Sequence record: NC_061444.1
Length of the DNA: 64,000 bases
Strand: one strand, 5' to 3'
Shown here in pieces: positions 61,480 through 64,000 of this stretch. Within the stretch, counting starts at the first letter, position 1, and the number at the start of each line of letters is the position of its first letter. The notes under the pieces are model-generated. The model searched no databases and had not been told where the DNA came from. It saw only the letters and a list, made by a program, of their open reading frames with translations. The position numbers and the translations under genes are program-made.

Positions 61480-63053
61480 TCGCTGTCCTCAGTAAAATCA
61501 ATCGTGTCAGAAAACTTCTTACGAACAAACTTAGCGTAGTCGCTTGATAGATTGCGCAGCGGTTGGAGCAGCGCACCATCGTGTTCGAAAGAATACACGG
61601 AACGTACCTGAGATGAATCCCTGACGACTTCAAACAAATACGAACTCTCTAATCCTGTAATGATATGGTTGAGCATCGTTCGTTTGTCTTTCGATGACGG
61701 TCCTTTCAACGGCCACGAGAACTTTGTGCCTGTAGCACACGTCAGGTACATTCTATTTCCTGAACGTCGTGCTCGCTTCTCATAAAGCTGCTGTAAGATA
61801 ACCAATCCCTCAACAAGACCTTCGGTCAACTTGTCCCACTTGTCAAGCATAGCATGTGTCGCCGCACGATCACCTTTATGCGATTCAAGTAATGACGCGT
61901 ATATCTGACCTTTATCCGAACGTCGAATCTTACCGAGAGTATACACAGTACCATAGAAACATTTCTTGGTAGTTGCGACGCTCTCACCAATCATCTCTGC
62001 TAGTTCATTTACAGAATTAAGGCTTTCAACAAGAGCGCAAGGGATGTTGTACGCAGCGAACTCCCTCTTAATGATGTTGAGCTGGCTGGACTTCATGTCC
62101 CAGTTTACACCAACAACATAGCACGCCTGTTTCAACTTGCTCGGCATGTTTTGAAAACCACCGCCAATCTCAAACAGTCGCCCGCCTTTAGTCGCAACTT
62201 TATAGGCCGGCCAGTATCTGATTGTCAGAGGATCTTCGTCAACAATCTCAATCGGCCCAGACAGAATAGAATCCAGCAGATACATCGCCTGTTGAAATTT
62301 CTTCTGGTCTTTCTTGTTGTTACGCAAGGACATTTGCTCAAGGAAAGCAAGTATCGGTTCGATTAAGATTTCATTCGGTGCTAAAACATCTAACACCTGT
62401 TTGTAATAGCGTTTGACCTCACGGCCCGAGTTTTTGTCGATGGGACTCAGGTCATGTTTACGCATCGTGAATTTCTTCTTCGCTGCCGCGTGGATGCGCT
62501 CGATTATCGTATGCCCGAAACGAGACTGAGGTGCTTTCAGTGGACTATATAGCCGCACAGTATTGAGCAAATCATATCGCGTTCTCGGTACGACAGGGTA
62601 CATCTGCTCAAGGTGGAATCGCTTAACACGATACTCCCGACATTTCCCAGGCTGACCATTCTTGCCCAGCTTCTTACGCTTAACGTCAAATACGTTTTCG
62701 ATTAACCAGTCAAGGGCCCTATTGAACTGATTAGAACCTCTTTTCTGTTTCGACGCAGCAACAGCACCTGTTTTCAGTCGATAATCCCCGAAAACTAGCG
62801 GCAGAACAGATCGCCCGTACGAATAACTGAATGGACAGAACGTTTCCCCGAACAGCTCGCCCCTGTTACGCTTAGAGCGATAGATAGACACGTTAAGCAC
62901 ATGCCAGAAGAACAGGTTGATTTGCTCCCTGAACTCCTTTTCGTTCTCTGCCGGGCCTTCGTACGGACAGGCAAAGACTATGTTATCTCGTACCCATTGA
63001 ATTGCTTGAAGCTCTTGGTACGAGGGATTTTTAATTAGAAATGGCTGACTCAT
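61476..63053 (-). CDS. Divergent family A/T7-RNAP-superfamily polymerase-like protein (TV-Pol-like)
   Basis: GGRLF...FQNMP, WDMKSSQL (A), TKKCFYGTVY (B), EHDGALL (C) in the expected order; no exonuclease domain. Confidence 0.6.
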   Translation of the reverse strand: MSQPFLIKNPSYQELQAIQWVRDNIVFACPYEGPAENEKEFREQINLFFWHVLNVSIYRSKRNRGELFGETFCPFSYSYGRSVLPLVFGDYRLKTGAVAASKQKRGSNQFNRALDWLIENVFDVKRKKLGKNGQPGKCREYRVKRFHLEQMYPVVPRTRYDLLNTVRLYSPLKAPQSRFGHTIIERIHAAAKKKFTMRKHDLSPIDKNSGREVKRYYKQVLDVLAPNEILIEPILAFLEQMSLRNNKKDQKKFQQAMYLLDSILSGPIEIVDEDPLTIRYWPAYKVATKGGRLFEIGGGFQNMPSKLKQACYVVGVNWDMKSSQLNIIKREFAAYNIPCALVESLNSVNELAEMIGESVATTKKCFYGTVYTLGKIRRSDKGQIYASLLESHKGDRAATHAMLDKWDKLTEGLVEGLVILQQLYEKRARRSGNRMYLTCATGTKFSWPLKGPSSKDKRTMLNHIITGLESSYLFEVVRDSSQVRSVYSFEHDGALLQPLRNLSSDYAKFVRKKFSDTIDFTEDSE

Positions 63054-63100
63054 TGCCTTTTCATACCCATATCTCGATCCTTGCTTCTTTTTCTATAGGT

Positions 63101-63109
63101 TCTTTACAG
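63101..63109 (-). promoter_or_regulatory. Motif A variant (CTGTAAAGA)
   Basis: One mismatch; 48 nt upstream of start 63053. Confidence 0.35.
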
Positions 63110-63440
63110 AATCAACTTATCAACCCTTACAAACCTTGTACCGTCAACTATCCTCGCTTGGCTCGCTCTGGATGGCGAGGTCAGGACGGCTAGGTACGGC
63201 TTGGAACTGATCGATAACATACAGGGCTATAGTACACTGCGGTAAAAAAGACCTGACCTGCGAAAAACGCTATGATCTGCGTGTCTACAGTGGTCAAAAT
63301 AGCCCTATATTGAAAAAATAGCCGCAAAAAGATCTCGCCGATTCCGTGTAATTTGGGCGTGTTTTTTGAACCCCCACCCACGGAGCGCTTAAAACGCAAA
63401 TCTACCCAAAATCGGTTAATCTTTATCCAGATATTTTGAG

Positions 63441-64000
63441 TCATTTTTTCTGCGAAACGCGCTTCCCTAACTTCACTCCAATCTGCGTCAGGATGCGCTT
63501 AACGGTCTCTCCGTCGTGCTCCGCCATAGCGTTTGCGAGCCTTTCGCCCTGTTCGCGCGATAGCTCAGGCATAATCATTTTGAGCATCTGCGAGCGCATT
63601 TTAGCAGACTTTGAGCGCCCTTTCGATATTGAAACACCAGCCTCGTCGAGTTCCTCTGCTACGCGACTCATGGTGCGCTGCACACGACGATCAGCGAAGA
63701 TATCAGCGAATAAACTGCCGAACAACTGCTTAAAGTTGCCCTGTGCGTTAGGGAAACCTCCCGTTTGTGTGCAGTGCGTAGATTCAACCTGATTCGTTGT
63801 GCGTCCACCAGCACGGAAGTTCTCGTCAGGGCGCGACGCTTTACCCTCTGCACCCGGCTTAGTGTTGCCGTTACGCAGATCAGCATCGCCTTCGACAGCT
63901 TTATCCGGGTCAAACATGTCGTCAGCTTTCGCGCTTTGATTAGCGTCGAACGGAATCTTACCTGTCAGCTTATTCGGGTCTGGCCAACTGTCAGGGATAT
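63441..64000 (-). CDS. Hypothetical protein, 5'-truncated by window edge
   Basis: Frame of the 63441..63917 ORF stays open to 64000 (..IPDSWPDPNKLTGKIPFDANQSAKADDMFDP..). Confidence 0.65.
   Translation of the reverse strand, partial: IPDSWPDPNKLTGKIPFDANQSAKADDMFDPDKAVEGDADLRNGNTKPGAEGKASRPDENFRAGGRTTNQVESTHCTQTGGFPNAQGNFKQLFGSLFADIFADRRVQRTMSRVAEELDEAGVSISKGRSKSAKMRSQMLKMIMPELSREQGERLANAMAEHDGETVKRILTQIGVKLGKRVSQKK

Noticed and set aside
63190-63444. 84-aa minus-strand ORF in the terminal intergenic region
   Set aside because: Atypical composition, no clear RBS, overlaps the inverted repeats and A-tracts; treated as non-coding.
1-64000. tRNA, rRNA, CRISPR array, integrase, transposase, intein, group I/II intron
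   Set aside because: No T-loop/cloverleaf, regular repeat-spacer array, recombinase or transposase motifs, intein ends or intron core sequences recognised by eye. Polymerase and helicase ORFs are uninterrupted. tRNAscan/Infernal would be needed to exclude divergent RNAs.

Overview
A 64-kb segment of a large lytic (jumbo-type) myovirus genome. About 73 densely packed CDSs lie on the minus strand; the plus-strand ORFs in the track look like antisense shadows. Gene content: tail/virion proteins (two paralogues, a 1336-aa Ig-repeat protein, tail sheath); replication and repair genes (UvsW-like helicase, UvsY-like protein, beta-clamp-like and DnaX-like proteins, family A DNA polymerase with an N-terminal UDG-like domain, SbcC and SbcD about 10.5 kb apart); a 1950-aa SNF2-type ATPase; HNH nuclease; DHH and HAD phosphoesterases; a J-domain protein; GH108 endolysin; a Tlde1/DUF2778 enzyme. 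From recall, the content resembles Erwinia/Dickeya jumbo myoviruses of the Y3/Yoloswag/JA11 type (not verified). The strongest novelty candidate is about 12 otherwise unrelated proteins (two ADP-ribosyltransferase-like, several Lys/Ala-rich, the giant SNF2) that share a short N-terminal peptide ending in S-x-S-(A/K/V). It is conserved as protein but not as DNA, and I infer it is a capsid-targeting/prohead-protease signal for an injected cargo set. Other candidates: a ~330-nt multi-stem ncRNA (56877-57205), a second compact PolA-superfamily (TV-Pol-like) gene beside a structured non-coding region, four low-GC paralogous cassettes, two recurring promoter motifs, and terminators that conserve a tandem G.U wobble. 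No tRNA, rRNA, CRISPR array, integrase or IS was recognised. All product calls come from motif recognition by eye; no database searches were run.
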